Below, piece by piece: positions 1 to 12,255 of a stretch of 64,000 bases of DNA (the first letter of the stretch is position 1; every line of letters starts with the position of its first letter). The position numbers and the translations under genes are program-made. The stretch covers positions 109,990,001 through 110,054,000 of the forward strand of contig NC_087437.1 in the NCBI RefSeq assembly GCF_036321535.1, in the 5' to 3' direction. The notes under the pieces were generated by a model. The model saw only the letters and a list, made by a program, of their open reading frames with translations, made no database searches and was not told where the DNA came from. Origin of the DNA: Camelus dromedarius (taxonomy: Eukaryota).

Positions 1-99
1 AAAACTCAGTCTAAAATATGTTGTAGTAACAGCAAAATATATACTCTAAAATTACATTTCAAGATTCAAGATTTCCATATTTAATATTTATAAAATACT

Positions 100-525
100 G
101 CAGAAAGAAATTAACTAAGACTGAAATAAATAGAGAGATATATCATGGACTGAAAGCTTTTTATTATCCCTGATTTGTAGATTAAACGCATTCTGAACAA
201 ACATGCCACCCAGCATTTTTATAAAAATTGAAAAACTGATTTCAAAATTTATATAAGAAAGCAAGAATAGGCAAAGTAATCTTTAAAAAGGAGAATTAAA
301 TTTGGAAGACTTTCACTATTTCATTTCAGAATTTAATATAAAAGTATATTAAGATATTATGGTACCAAAAAAAGTATAGGTAATTATTCAGTGGAACAGA
401 ATAGAGTTCTGAGATGGACTTACACATATACTGTTGACTTCTTTTCACAAAGATGTGAAATCAATTCAAATGTGAAAAACTGTATTTTCAACAAATAGCA
501 TTAAAATCACTGGATACATTTAAAG
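100..525 (+). mobile_element. Old LINE-1 ORF2 fragment (L1M-type), degenerate
   Basis: Decayed L1 ORF2-like text (aaactgatttcaaaatttata...cagtggaacagaatagag...ttttcaacaaatagc). No intact ORF; boundaries approximate. Confidence 0.7.
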
Positions 526-1446
526 AACTAAAAAACAAAAAGAAAAAATGTGTTGCTGTGCAACAATCTTATATCTATGCTTAAAATCATTCAATGGCTT
601 TTGTTGCTTTTTAAAGAAAGTGTAATCCTGAATTAGACCTCTAAAGTCCTATAGAGAATAGCCCCCAGATCTTTCTGGCTTAATTTCAAGTCATTCTTTC
701 CTTTCTCCTCAATAACCAGACAAAATGGTTTTCAGTTTTATAATGCACATCTCAAAACTTTGGACCTAAAAACACTTTCTCTCAAAGCCCCACCTCTAAA
801 TCCCCTACTTTTCCTTTAGGCCTGTTTCAAATGCTATTCCTCTGGGAATATTTTCTTGCCCTTTCTGACCAGGTGAGATTTCTTTGATGTATGTTAATGT
901 AGCATCAAGAACCAATTTATAGCTCATTATTTAGGATCTGCTTTCTCTGTTAGACTTTCAGTCCAGTTAGAACAAACAGCACACATTTTCTTAATCTATT
1001 TTTTCATTGTGGAGTAACACACAAAACAATTTTATGTTTAAAATACATATTCAACAATATATTTCCATAACAAAGATTCGGGTTCATGGTAAAGGTTTAA
1101 TGAAAATATTGTAAAAATAAGAGTACCGGCAAAATGTTTGACAGTGTATTCTGAGGTGTGATTAATTAAAAGAAAAAATGTGGGGTCAGGGAGCTGGGGA
1201 GGATAAGACTGCTCTCTATAATCACTACTGAGACAACTATTAATAAATAGAAATTGGTGAAATCAAGTGCCTAGAAATGATCCATGAGAGTGCATTTATT
1301 CTTGGCAATCAGAACTGGAAACCGGTTGGTCGACAGATAATCAGCAGCTTCTGGAACTTTAGTTGTGTGGGCAGCAGGTTGAGACCCAAACCCCTGGGTT
1401 CACAGTCCATCTCTCAGAGGTACAGCAGGAGGAATCTGGAAGCTAG

Positions 1447-2109
1447 TGAGACAGGAGTTAAGGGGGCAAGGGCACAGCCATCCAAGGAATCTCACAGCAA
1501 TTAACACCAAAATGGTGGAAGATGCAACTCCCAGGTCTTGAGGATCAAGATGGTGGGATATTTGACTTTTAGTAGACCTCAGATTTTATTATACACTCAT
1601 TGTAATATGTTAGCATGGTAAATAACGTACCCACAGACGCCATGACAGTTCCAAGGCTGACCACAAAAGGTCAAAGTGTGAGTAGTGGCCCAATTCCTAG
1701 GAATCCTAGCCCCTTCCCCAGGGTAGTTGGAATGACCCTCCCACTTGTTAGCATATGAAGCTACCAAGTCCATAAAAACTGGCAACTCCACACCTCATGA
1801 CCACCTCTTTCTCTCTTGTCTTTGGAAATGGCCGGCACTCCGTCTGTGGAGTGTGTACCTACTTTTACTTTAACCCAGGCACCCAACCCCCACACCTCGT
1901 GGCCTTTCTCACCCCTTTTAAAACAGCCTACACTCTATGCAATACGTATCTGTCTAAATAAATCTATCTTTACTCAACTGTGGCTCACTCTTGAATTCCT
2001 TCCTGTGTGAAGCGAAGGACCCACACTTGGCGAGGCATGTCCCAGGGGCTCAGCGGAGACATGGGACATGGCCCTCCTCACGCCCCACATCCATTTTTTC
2101 CCTATGTCA
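1447..2109 (+). mobile_element. Solo LTR, ERV1-like, 663 bp
   Basis: TG...CA termini flanked by the 4-bp TSD ctag (1443-1446 and 2110-2113); internal AATAAA near 1957. Confidence 0.85.
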
Positions 2110-2550
2110 CTAGAGGCAACTAGATAAATGTCAGGTGGTCTCCTGCTAGTTGTGTAGAATACGATTAGGTTGGTGAAATCTGGATGACCCCTGGACTACT
2201 CACTATACTATAACTAATTGTTGAAATATAGGAAGAATAAAATCTGTACTCTGGGAAATTTATAATGTGTCAGAGCCTTGGAATGAAGGAAGAAGATGCA
2301 GTTTCCTGAGTAGTAATGACAAGACATCAGCTCAGGAGTTATGAATTTCTTATTATAAAATAATATAGTTTTCTTATTTTGACTATCAACCTGAAATAAG
2401 GTATTATATTTACCTTCAGACATACTTGCAGTATTACAAATTCATTGTCCCCACCACTGAAGTCTCCTCTTTGTGAGCATGTCATCATAGTGCTATTTTT
2501 ATTCAATCAATCTTTGAGTTGTTTCTATAAACCTGCTTGTTTACTAGTTT

Positions 2551-3050
2551 TGATAGGCAGACTAATGGCCCCTCAAAGGTATTCATAAACTTTGTGAATA
2601 TTTTACTTTATGTGGCAAGGGTAATGAAGGTAGTAGTTGGAATTACAGTTGCTAATCACTTGATAAAATAGAGAGATTGCCACGTGGGCCCAATATAATT
2701 AAAAAGCATCCTTCAAAATGGAAGAGACAGGTGGAAGAGAAGGTCACAGTGATACATTATAAGAAGGATTTGACTCACCATTGCTGGCTTTGAAGATGGT
2801 GGAAGAGGGGCGTGGGCGAAGGAATTCACGTAGCCACTACAAAACAAAAAAAGGCAAATAAATAGATTTTCTCCCATATCCTCTGTAACGACATGCAGCC
2901 CTGCCAGCACCATAATTTTAGCCCAATGAGACTGTCTGACTTTCGTCCTACAGAATGATAGCACATTTTTATTGTTTAAGCCATATGTATGTATATGTGT
3001 ATGGCTCATTTGATATCATTTGTTGTAGCAATAATAAAAAACCTAAGACA
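2551..3050 (+). mobile_element. MaLR LTR (MLT1-type)
   Basis: MLT1-like motifs taatggcccc...ttgctggctttgaagatgg...ttgtttaagcc...tagcaataataaaaaacctaagaca. Confidence 0.8.
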
Positions 3051-4587
3051 TTAGTACATTCCTATGGTCAGAAAACTTTTCCACTCCTGCATCTCAGATT
3101 AAGAAGACATTAACAAAGGAGGCATCAGCTTGGCCAAAAAGCTACAGCCACTCCCCGTGAGTGCTCTGCTAGTGCTTATGTTTCATAGTATGAAACTTAG
3201 TTGTTTCTTTTGGTTGGAGATTATGAGCATGAGACCAACTTGGATCATTAAAATTCATGAACAGGACTGTTTATAGAGGAGTTTACTATTTACCATTTGG
3301 GTTTTTATATTGCAATGGCTGATGAATCTTCTTCCCAGTTTTTTTCATTGTTCCTTCATTTTTGCCTCTAACTATGTAAGCACCATAGCTATTTCCTAAA
3401 CATGGAGCAGGAGGACCAGGAGGAAGAGAAGGAGCACATGAGGGAAAAGAAGAGGGAAGGGAGAAAGGTGCAGTTGGATGGAATAAAGTCCTTCTACTCT
3501 AAGTGTACGATAACTTGTTGTGAGTCTTGTAAAATTCTATTTAACTCTTCTATGTTTCAGTTTCCACCTCTGTAGTATAATTAGGTTGGATGTGATGAAC
3601 TGCACAGCTTCTTTTACATGCTACATTTCATTACACTGGTAGTAAATGAGGAAATAAAGAGAACATGATGAGAAGACTGAGATACAATTGTTAAGAACAG
3701 ATTTTTTGCCAAGACTCTCCTACTCTGCATCCCATTTCCTAATTTCAGGAATGTTTGAGGATCTTATAAAATAAAGAACAGGAAAAAATATTTAAACATT
3801 ACTTGTTCCATATAAAGATTAAGTTTCCAGTTATTATTATACCATCTGTGTTAGTATCTTACATTCTATAACACTCGGTTATAAGATAGAAGAATGGTAT
3901 AAATAAAGTATTTCCAATTTTGTTTCCATATAAATTGAAACTGTTGTTTTCAACTGTATTAAAAGTTTCTTTTCTGCAGTTAGATTCAGTTTATATGTTG
4001 GCTAAGAACCCAGGTGCAACTTCACCCTGCTGAGCCTAGTTCCTGCCCATCTAAGTGTGTTGCCTGCTTTTTTATACAAATGGTGATAATTTGAGCAGAT
4101 TGAAAATAGTAATTGGGGTACAGGGATTTAGTCAATTAAAAAAATGAGAAAATTTCCTGTGTTGTGATTATTTAAAGCTCATAGGTGCTCTTTTTCTAAA
4201 AATGTACACCCACACACCAGCCTTCCATCTTAATAGCCTTCATGCACAAGCCTCATCATGTAAGTCTAAATTTTATTCCTACATTCTTCAAACCACTCTT
4301 ATACATAATGTCTTCAGAGATGCATGGTCTGTATTTATTATATAAAGGTATTCAAATCTCTTGAGATTTCCATTTAGAGAAAGGCTGTGTCTAGAAACTA
4401 CAGGCATCCAAGGAAAACTACTGCTTAGGGAAAGAAAAATAGCTAAGCCCAACCAAAATTAGTGCCTAGCCCCCAAAATCTGAGCTTCCAAAGCCCATTA
4501 ACAGCAGCAATGATAACGCAAATCTTAGCTGACACATCACTAATAAATAACAACATTAACAGCATATTGGGATAGCAGAATAAAGAA

Positions 4588-4593
4588 TTTATT
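4588..4593 (-). terminator. Poly(A) signal of KRTAP13-3-like gene
   Basis: AATAAA on the minus strand ~260 nt after the stop codon. Confidence 0.65.
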
Positions 4594-4853
4594 AAAATAA
4601 AATTATTTGGTTTTCCATCTATCTTTGGGAGAAGTGCAAAACAATAAATTCTGTCTGCAATTCAATTTTAATTTCTCATTAATTTTGTAGGTTGATGGAG
4701 TTCATCTATCAACTAGTGTTTGAGGGCTGGAGAGGTAAAGAGTTGTTCGTGATCAAGGAATTTTAGAATACTTTTCAACAGAGGAAATTGAGATAATAGA
4801 TAATAGCACAGAATCTGAATTTCTCAAATGGATTTGGCTCTTCTATCAATTCA

Positions 4854-5369
4854 TCAGTAGAAGCCAGATCTACAAATTGGCCAGTAACAAGATGAACAGA
4901 AACTTCTGGAAGGAAAGTTGATTGGGTACCAGAAATTGGACCCATAGCTCAGTGAAGGGGAGCCACAGACTCCATAGCCCAGAGGTCTGAAGCCACTGGA
5001 TCCACAACGCACTGAGTAGCAGCTTCCGGATCCAGAGCTCAGGGAGCTGCAGCTGCTGGACCTAAAGCCCAGAGACCCAGGGTAAGTTGTCCAGCAGGGA
5101 CTGCAGAGCTTGGAGGTCCTCTGGGGGCAGCAGGATGGCTGGCAGGGGCTGGACTCCACACAGGATGCCTGGCATCTGATAGGCTCACAGCTGGTCTCCT
5201 GACAGCCACTGTAGAAAGAGGAATCCCGCTGGCAGGTGCTGGGAGAGCACAGGTCCCTGGTATAGACCAGGTTGCTGGGGTAGGAAGAGCCACAGGAGGA
5301 GCCTGGGCAGCGCAGGTGGCCCCCAAGGGAGCGGGAGGAGAAGGTTCCAGAGCAGCAGTCGTAGGACAT
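4854..5369 (-). CDS. KRTAP13-3: Keratin-associated protein 13 family (PMG type), KRTAP13-3-like, 171 aa, intronless
   Basis: MSYDCCSGTFSSRS...[22 protein letters not shown] signature; 22 Cys; tail YPINFPSRSFCSSCYWPICRSGFY; Kozak ACCATG; TATA upstream. The paralogue number is inferred from the tail and gene order. Confidence 0.9.
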   Translation of the reverse strand: MSYDCCSGTFSSRSLGGHLRCPGSSCGSSYPSNLVYTRDLCSPSTCQRDSSFYSGCQETSCEPIRCQASCVESSPCQPSCCPQRTSKLCSPCWTTYPGSLGFRSSSCSSLSSGSGSCYSVRCGSSGFRPLGYGVCGSPSLSYGSNFWYPINFPSRSFCSSCYWPICRSGFY

Positions 5370-5445
5370 GGTGACAGGAGGTGTGAGTTCGGCTGAGTTA
5401 CAGTGAGAAGATTCTGAGTTTGAATGTCACCTCTGGACTGTGCCA

Positions 5446-5453
5446 TTTATATA
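5446..5453 (-). promoter_or_regulatory. TATA box of KRTAP13-3-like gene
   Basis: TATATAAA on the minus strand ~80 nt upstream of the ATG. Confidence 0.85.
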
Positions 5454-6186
5454 CTCTCAGCAGTAGGTGTGGTAACTTACGGGCTCATTTTTTGCATATT
5501 TGCACTCCCTCATTTACATGTGTGTAACTCAGCAATCTTCTCTGTAATTGCAATTGAATTGTTTTCCCGTATTGTTTTTATGGGAGCTGTAATTTTGGTG
5601 TTACAGCCACTGCCAACGAACCCACCTATGTCAGAAATGCTATGACTATTTCACATTAATGCTTATCCCATCCTAGTCAGGAAAACCCCTCCTTTTCCTT
5701 TTGTCATAATCTTCAGGTGTCTTGTTTCTGAAAATGATGGGCAGATGCCTTCCTCAAATAGTGGTAAATAAGATAAAATTGTTTTTCTTCTTTGTCAGTG
5801 GATAAAAGGCACAGCTTTGGCTTGAATGAGGAACCTACTTAATACAGATCTTACTTGCCACCATGTTTTCTCATTCAAAATTATTGTCCGTCTAGTACAT
5901 TCTATCACACATGTGTCTCAGACACAATGGAAAGGAAAAATGACCAGTTAGGACAAACTGAATATCAGTGATGGCTAGAACCAGAGAGAAAACTAGGCAT
6001 TTATTTGAAGATGTGGTGACAGTGGGAAACAGAGCCAAGACAGAGCTGTAAGTGCAGGCCAGTTTGGGTCCCTTATGAAGAGACTCAAAGAGCTATGTAA
6101 TATTGAGATGAGGGAAGGAAACAACAGATTTATAGATTCATTGTATATGTACGAGGTCTTGGACCTAACAGACTCTTATCTGTATG

Positions 6187-6612
6187 TGTAGCAGCCCTGA
6201 GAACTTAATTCTCAGATCTTCATTACAGGAGACTTGATTGACCAAAGGCCCCATAGGCTATGGTTCAAATCTAACACTGCACTGACATGGAAGCTCCCTT
6301 TTCCATGGGGCTGCTCCCAGGCAATGAATGAACACAGTAAAGGCACGTTCCTGGGACACAAGGCTCCTCCGATGGCCAACAACTGAGGATTCTCCAGTGG
6401 CTTTGAGGAACCATCCTTAATCCGTGTAGCTACATAGCACACTTCCTTCCTCTCTCCTTCACCCTGGTCAGACTTGCCTGGAAGTCAGCCAATACTCCTA
6501 GTCTTCCCCACCTCCTCCCCCAACTCCTTTCTCTTACAGATGTTTCCCAATGAAATCCTTGTACTGTTAATTCCATCTTGGTGTCTGCTCCTTGAATGAC
6601 CTGTCCTAACAC
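6187..6612 (+). mobile_element. ERVL-type LTR (LTR16-like)
   Basis: Begins tgtagcag; ends ...ccatcttggtgtctgctccttgaatgacctgtcctaacaca, resembling the LTR16 3' end. Confidence 0.6.
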
Positions 6613-6649
6613 AGTAAGTTACAGAGTGACTCTTGCCATCCTGCCTCTG

Positions 6650-7330
6650 TCTCTTCTAGGCCTTGCTGATTTGTTACTAAAAAATATCTATCTGGCTTTA
6701 CTAATTTTCATTTGCTTTTTTTAAAATTTTTAGTGGTAAATGTTGCTCTTCTATTAATTTACTCTTTTGCTTAATTTTTGAGTTGAATGTACTTTCCTAT
6801 TTTCCCTCCTTAATATGGATGTGAATTCAGTGATTTTCAGCCACTCTTCGGAAATGTATGCATTTAAGGCTAGATAACTTCCCCGGTCAGCACAGTTTAA
6901 TTTTGGTACTTGGCATTTTATTGTGCTTTCTTCTCTGAGGATGGATTGTTTAGAAGCGCAGTGCTTCCTCTCCGAATCTAGGGGGATTTACTGGTTAATT
7001 CTGTTGGTCCTGTTGCTATTGCTTCTTAGCTTAAACCACCATGGTCCGCATATGATCTATTTTGCTAAATGTTCTGTGGGCACTTGAATCAATATTCTGA
7101 AATTTTGGCCACCATGATTTATGCAGGTTAATTAGGTCATACCTGCTAATGGTGTTAGTATTTTCTACGGCCTTACTGATTGTCTGTCATCTGTTTGGAT
7201 CAGAAGTGAAAGAAGAGTGTTAAAATCTCTAGTTTTGTGATTGTGGATTTGTATATGTCTCTTTGTAGGTTGTCATTGTTTGTGTGTGATGTCCTGAGAC
7301 ATTATCTCTTTGTATTAATTGTGTTTGGAA
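6650..7330 (-). mobile_element. Old LINE-1 fragment
   Basis: T-rich antisense L1 ORF2-like sequence (e.g. gtgttaaaatctc...tgattgtggatttgtatatgtctc). Confidence 0.6.
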
Positions 7331-7739
7331 TTTGCGATGATTCCTTAATCTGTGTGTCAAAGAATATCCAGATACGCTTTGTTTTGCATGTTAACCATTC
7401 TAAATGCTTACTTGAACATAAAGGAGATAGGCATTAAGCTTTGTTTTTAGGAAACAAAGGCGAGATAAGCTTTATAATACAAAGAGAAGTTTCTGTTACA
7501 GTAGTTTAAATGGTGATAATGACACAAAGAGTCAAGAAGTTGAGGGAATCAGCATTTCTTTCTGACCCTGTCTCCCATTTCCATACCACATCCACGTGCC
7601 TCGCACTTTGGTACATTATGGCCTAAACTCTCCACGTGCCTTCATACCTTCCTGCTTGTCTCATCCCATTTTATCCTCCCAGAACTTAATCCTTTCTATA
7701 TTTATTGTATCTTTGCTTCTCTAAGTGACACCTCATCCC

Positions 7740-8056
7740 CAACAGAAGCTGTCAACACCCTGCCTACTCCTCCTGGGTAGTCATCTGTACACTCCGAAAA
7801 CTGATTACTGGGGGCAGCCGTAAAACTCTGCCTGAAGCCTTTTTCTCTTCACAAGGGCACGCTGAGCCCCTGCTCAGGGAATTCTGTACTAGAACTGACT
7901 CCGGTTTTCTACGGTGGAGCCTGGCTGAGTCCTGCCTTCCTTTCACTCCCCATCACATCTTTCCACTCCCCTACAGGACTGTACTGGGATCACCTTCCAA
8001 ATAAACAACTTGCATTTGAATCCATGTTCTCAACCTTCGTTTCTAGATAATTTACA
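7740..8056 (+). mobile_element. ERVL-type LTR fragment (LTR16-like)
   Basis: 3' end ctgggatcaccttccaaataaacaacttgcatttgaatcc. Confidence 0.5.
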
Positions 8057-8946
8057 GAAAAAAAACATACTTGGATGCCTCATTGACATGCTCATTGAGA
8101 AACTTTCAATGTTTCTCTAACTTATAAAGTTTTAATTTAAAAATTCCTAGGGGAAAAGACCAAGAAAGAGAAAAGTGTGTTTTAGTATTGCATATGGCAC
8201 ATTTAAGAAAAGAAGCCATGATATCTTTGTCCAATGAATATATTTTAAGAATACAGGATTCAAAAGTCATCTAGTCTATGTTGGGTAATAACAAAGTACA
8301 TATTTTGTGGCTAATAGATAATGATACATAGTGATTAAAGAGAATTTTAGTATAAGAAGTATTGGCTGTTGTTTACTGAGCTTCAAACCTAGATGATTAA
8401 TAAAAGATCGCCAGCATGTTAGTGCCAAATTTCCTGGTAATTTGAAGAAGAGCAGTAGGCAGGCACCAAATGTTGTAACTTTCAACTGTGGATGAGATTC
8501 TGTTGCAAACACACCTCATATCAAAACCATTTTGTTCATAACATAGTGATGAGACCCTGCAATTACAAGAACAGAAGCTCAGGATGTACAGCCCAGGGTG
8601 ATAAATTTTACATGAAATATCTCACTCTTTAATTGTCAATAAATAGTTAAGAAAAAGAAAAGCAACAATAATGGAGAAGATCTATGTTATATAGAACGAA
8701 CAATATAATCTCTGGGCTAATCTAGTCCAAGGTTGGGCAGTCTACAAATTCTTCTTAAATTTATATTAATTTGTGGTAGATGAAAGTTTAGAGACTAGAG
8801 AAAGAGAAGAGAGGAGTATCTCTTGACAGAGAAGGATCCTTGAACAAGGACACTGGAGTGACTGAAAACAAATTCACTGGGTTTCCTGGTTTTAACTGAT
8901 AAATGTATGCTCCCCTCTTACCTCAAAAGTTTTATCTTCAAGATAA

Positions 8947-9274
8947 TTTTTTTCCTATTGAAGTGTAATGACAATGAAAGTTGTGTGTGTGCATGTATAT
9001 ATATATGTATACATATACTATACATACATATAGTACAATGTGATATTTTGCTATAGGTTTATATTGTGAAATGATACCCCAAATCAAATTAATTTGCATA
9101 TCCATCACTTCACATGTTTACAATTCATATGTCTGTGGTGAGAACACAAGACCATTTTGGCAAATATCAAGTACACAAAATAGTATTAATAGAATTACTG
9201 ACTCTGGTTACTATGCCATACATTAAATTTACAAAATTTATTCATCCTCCATCATGTACCCTTTGACCAATATC
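8947..9274 (-). mobile_element. LINE-1 3' end (L1MA-type)
   Basis: T-run then tacaatgtgatattttg...tgtaccctttgaccaatatc; degenerate TSD tcaagataattt / tcaaggtagttt. Confidence 0.7.
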
Positions 9275-10924
9275 AAGGTAGTTTTAAAGAGTTGTGTTTG
9301 AAACCAGAAAAAAAAAATGGGGAAGGAATAGTGTCCACAGTATTGTATCAAAACAACATTTTACATTCTTGCTGAGGGACAAAGCAAAGAGAAATAAATT
9401 CTAGTCTTGAAAAACAGAAAAGAAAGGACTCACGAAGTAGCTATTTGAATTGGGTGCATTTACTTCTTTCCTCAGTTGTCTTCCTTTTGGAAGGTTTACA
9501 TTATGTTACTTTTCAAATTACTAGAGATTTTATTGAGAAAATCCAATATTTTAAACACTATATTGCAAGTTTATTACAGTTTTATTTGAGCCTATAGGAA
9601 GAAATTATTGCCATCAACACAACACTACATTTCCTCGACTCTGGAATATAATGTAACTGGTTGTATTTTCACATTGAATACTTTGTGAATAAACTTAGAA
9701 AGCGACTGTTTATACTCTAAGAATATGAGAAATCTAGCAACCTTTTTTTAAAACTTTCAGTTTATGTTTAAGCAGAGGAAAAAATATGTTTACCAAAGCA
9801 AAAAAAAGAAAAACAGAAGAGAAAACCAAAGTTAAACACAGAAAAAGCAAGAAAGAAAAATGATGGGGTTGGGGCAGAAGGAGAAGGAAAAGAGAAAGAG
9901 AGAAAGAAACATTCCTATACCCTGCAGACGAAAAGAGAACTGGAAAATAAAGCCTCTCATTTAAGCAGGAAAGTGCAGGTGCTCTGAAAGTGCTGGAAAG
10001 TCTTTTCAAAGCCTGTGCAGTGAAAAACTAGAGACATTCTAAGACAGTAGAAACCCTGGATATTTATACATGCAGAAGATAGAAAGGATAGCATATCAAA
10101 ATTCATAAAATATATTGATTTTGAAAATTTTAATTATATAAAGTCAGTATGAAAGAGACCATAATTTGAGTGCCCTAGGGGGAAAAAAAGACAATTTCCT
10201 GAGACTTCTCTGTGTTGCGCTTTTGATTCCTCCCCTCATTAGACTAGGGTTTCCCTCCTGCCTGAATGGAGGTGGGTCCAGACTGATCTTCCCTGGCACT
10301 ATTTCAGTTGAACCTTTTTATTTTGGTCACCTTATCTTTACATACATGGCAAGATGTCTTTCAGTTTCTAGCCATCTCTCTCAGTCTCTATGTCTTACCT
10401 ATTTTTGGTCTCTCCTCATTGGATCAGAGACACCCTGAGTAACTGTGACACTTGGTGTATTAGTTTTCTGTTACTGGAGAACGGGAATGAATGTTGACAC
10501 AGTGGATCAATCCAGGAAGGCTTCCTTCCAGGTAGAAACCGTGCCTCTGATCCATTGTACAGAAGAAAACTGATGTTATCTCATTCCCCACTCTTGGGAG
10601 GAAAGCATCCAACTGCAAAACCAGATGTGGATACATAGGAAGCAGATTAGCATAAATCAGAGGAAAAGCTTTCCTGGTCATGATGCTTTCCAGACCATGC
10701 TGGGATATGCATTAACGTATAATAGTCGTAGAATTTCTGACATCGCAGCAGTGCACTGGCTTTGTCTGTAACAACACAATTATAGCACCCATAAATACAA
10801 TGTGCGGAAAACTATTCAAATGCAATTGCAATTACAGAGAAGATTACTAAGTTACAAAAATGCAAAAGAGGAAATCTAATGCAGGAACTATGACTCCATA
10901 GGGTGCCGCACCCATAGCTGAAAG

Positions 10925-10932
10925 TATATAAA
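10925..10932 (+). promoter_or_regulatory. TATA box of KRTAP13-4-like gene
   Basis: TATATAAA 84 nt upstream of the ATG at 11009. Confidence 0.85.
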
Positions 10933-11008
10933 TGCCCCCGTTCAGGAGTGACATTCAAACTCAGAATCTTCTCACTGTAACTCAGCCGAACTCACACCTC
11001 CTGTCACC

Positions 11009-11536
11009 ATGTCCTACAACTGCTGCTCTGGAACCTTCTCCTCCCGCTCCCTTGGGGGCCACCTGCGCTGCCCAGGCTCCTCCTGTGGCTCTTCCTACCA
11101 CAGCAACCTGGTCTATACCAGGGACCTGTGCTCTCCCAGCACCTGCCAGCGGGATTCCTCTTTCTACAGTGGCTGTCAGGAGACCAGCTGTGAGCCTATC
11201 AGATGCCAGGCATCCTGTGTGGAGTCCAGCCCCTGCCAGCCATCCTGCTGCCCCCAGAGGACCTCCAAGCTCTGCAGTCCCTGCTGGACAACTTACCCTG
11301 GGTCTCTGGGCTTTAGGTCCAGCAGCTGCAGCTTCCTGAGCTCTGGATCCAGAAGCTGCTACTCAGTGCGTTGTGGATCCAGTGGCTTCAGACCTCTGGG
11401 TTATGGAGTCTGTGGCTTCCCCTCCCTGAGCCGTGGATCCAGATTCTGCCGTCCAACCTGCTTTACCTCCAGCAGCTGCCAGTCATGGTGTTATAGACCA
11501 ATCTCTAGCTCTGGTTTCTATTATTCAACTTGCTGA
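11009..11536 (+). CDS. KRTAP13-4: Keratin-associated protein 13 family (PMG type), KRTAP13-4-like, 175 aa, intronless
   Basis: MSYNCCSG N-terminus, Ser/Cys-rich, tail FCRPTCFTSSSCQSWCYRPISSSGFYYSTC. The paralogue number is inferred from position and tail. Confidence 0.9.
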   Translation: MSYNCCSGTFSSRSLGGHLRCPGSSCGSSYHSNLVYTRDLCSPSTCQRDSSFYSGCQETSCEPIRCQASCVESSPCQPSCCPQRTSKLCSPCWTTYPGSLGFRSSSCSFLSSGSRSCYSVRCGSSGFRPLGYGVCGFPSLSRGSRFCRPTCFTSSSCQSWCYRPISSSGFYYSTC

Positions 11537-11776
11537 GGGTCTAGATCCTTCTGAGTATTGAGATCAAAGTCTCTGCTCAGTACAGCCATCTTTTTCCTTC
11601 TCACTACTTACCACTGTTCCTTTATTCTTAAATCACCAGTTTCTTGCATCACCAACTTTTGAGAAACTCTGAACTTCATGAATAACCCAATATTAAGTCC
11701 TGATATCTATATCATTGAAGGAATCTATGCTATTGGATTTTCATGGAAGATCAATTGAAGATGAAAATTTTAATCT

Positions 11777-11782
11777 AATAAA
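11777..11782 (+). terminator. Poly(A) signal of KRTAP13-4-like gene
   Basis: AATAAA ~240 nt after the stop, followed by T-rich sequence. Confidence 0.7.
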
Positions 11783-12223
11783 TTTTTGTCATCTGGCACC
11801 CAAATATATTGTCTATCTTCTTATTATTTGCCTATAGTTTTTTTTTTTTAAGTCAAGATTTTTGGGAGATTTAAATGAAGATGAATATGACTCTGAAACT
11901 GGCTTTGGGAACACACATTTTGCTAGATTTGAGGAAACTTTTGTTGTCACTGGATATGCTCCCTACTAAGAGGAATTATTTCCTGGAGGTCGAAAATTTG
12001 TATGTCCTATGTTAGTGACACTTGGCTAAGAATGGAGGCATGTATTGATTTCTGCTGAGGAAATCAATAAAGGAAGGAAAACAAAACTAGGAATGCAGGA
12101 AACAAGACTAGGATACAGTTTATAAGATGAGATCATATGTAGACCAAAAACATACCTATGTGTTTTGTGGAGATTTTCAGCTAAGAGACAAGATGAGCCT
12201 TAAACAGCTCGCAGGGCAGATGT

Positions 12224-12255
12224 TTTGCCCTCTGTTGGTCGGCGTGAGTGCTGCG
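12224..12255 (-). promoter_or_regulatory. Candidate CTCF site (core plus upstream motif)
   Basis: Minus strand cgcagcactcacgccGACCAACAGAGGGCAaa; local CpG retention. Confidence 0.55.

Noticed and set aside
5039..5446. Pro/Ala-rich alternative-frame ORFs overlapping KRTAP13 genes (also 10932-11339 and 18010-18540)
   Set aside because: Their ATGs lie at or upstream of the TATA box, outside the likely transcript. Openness and similarity are by-products of the KRTAP codon pattern and the conversion tract.
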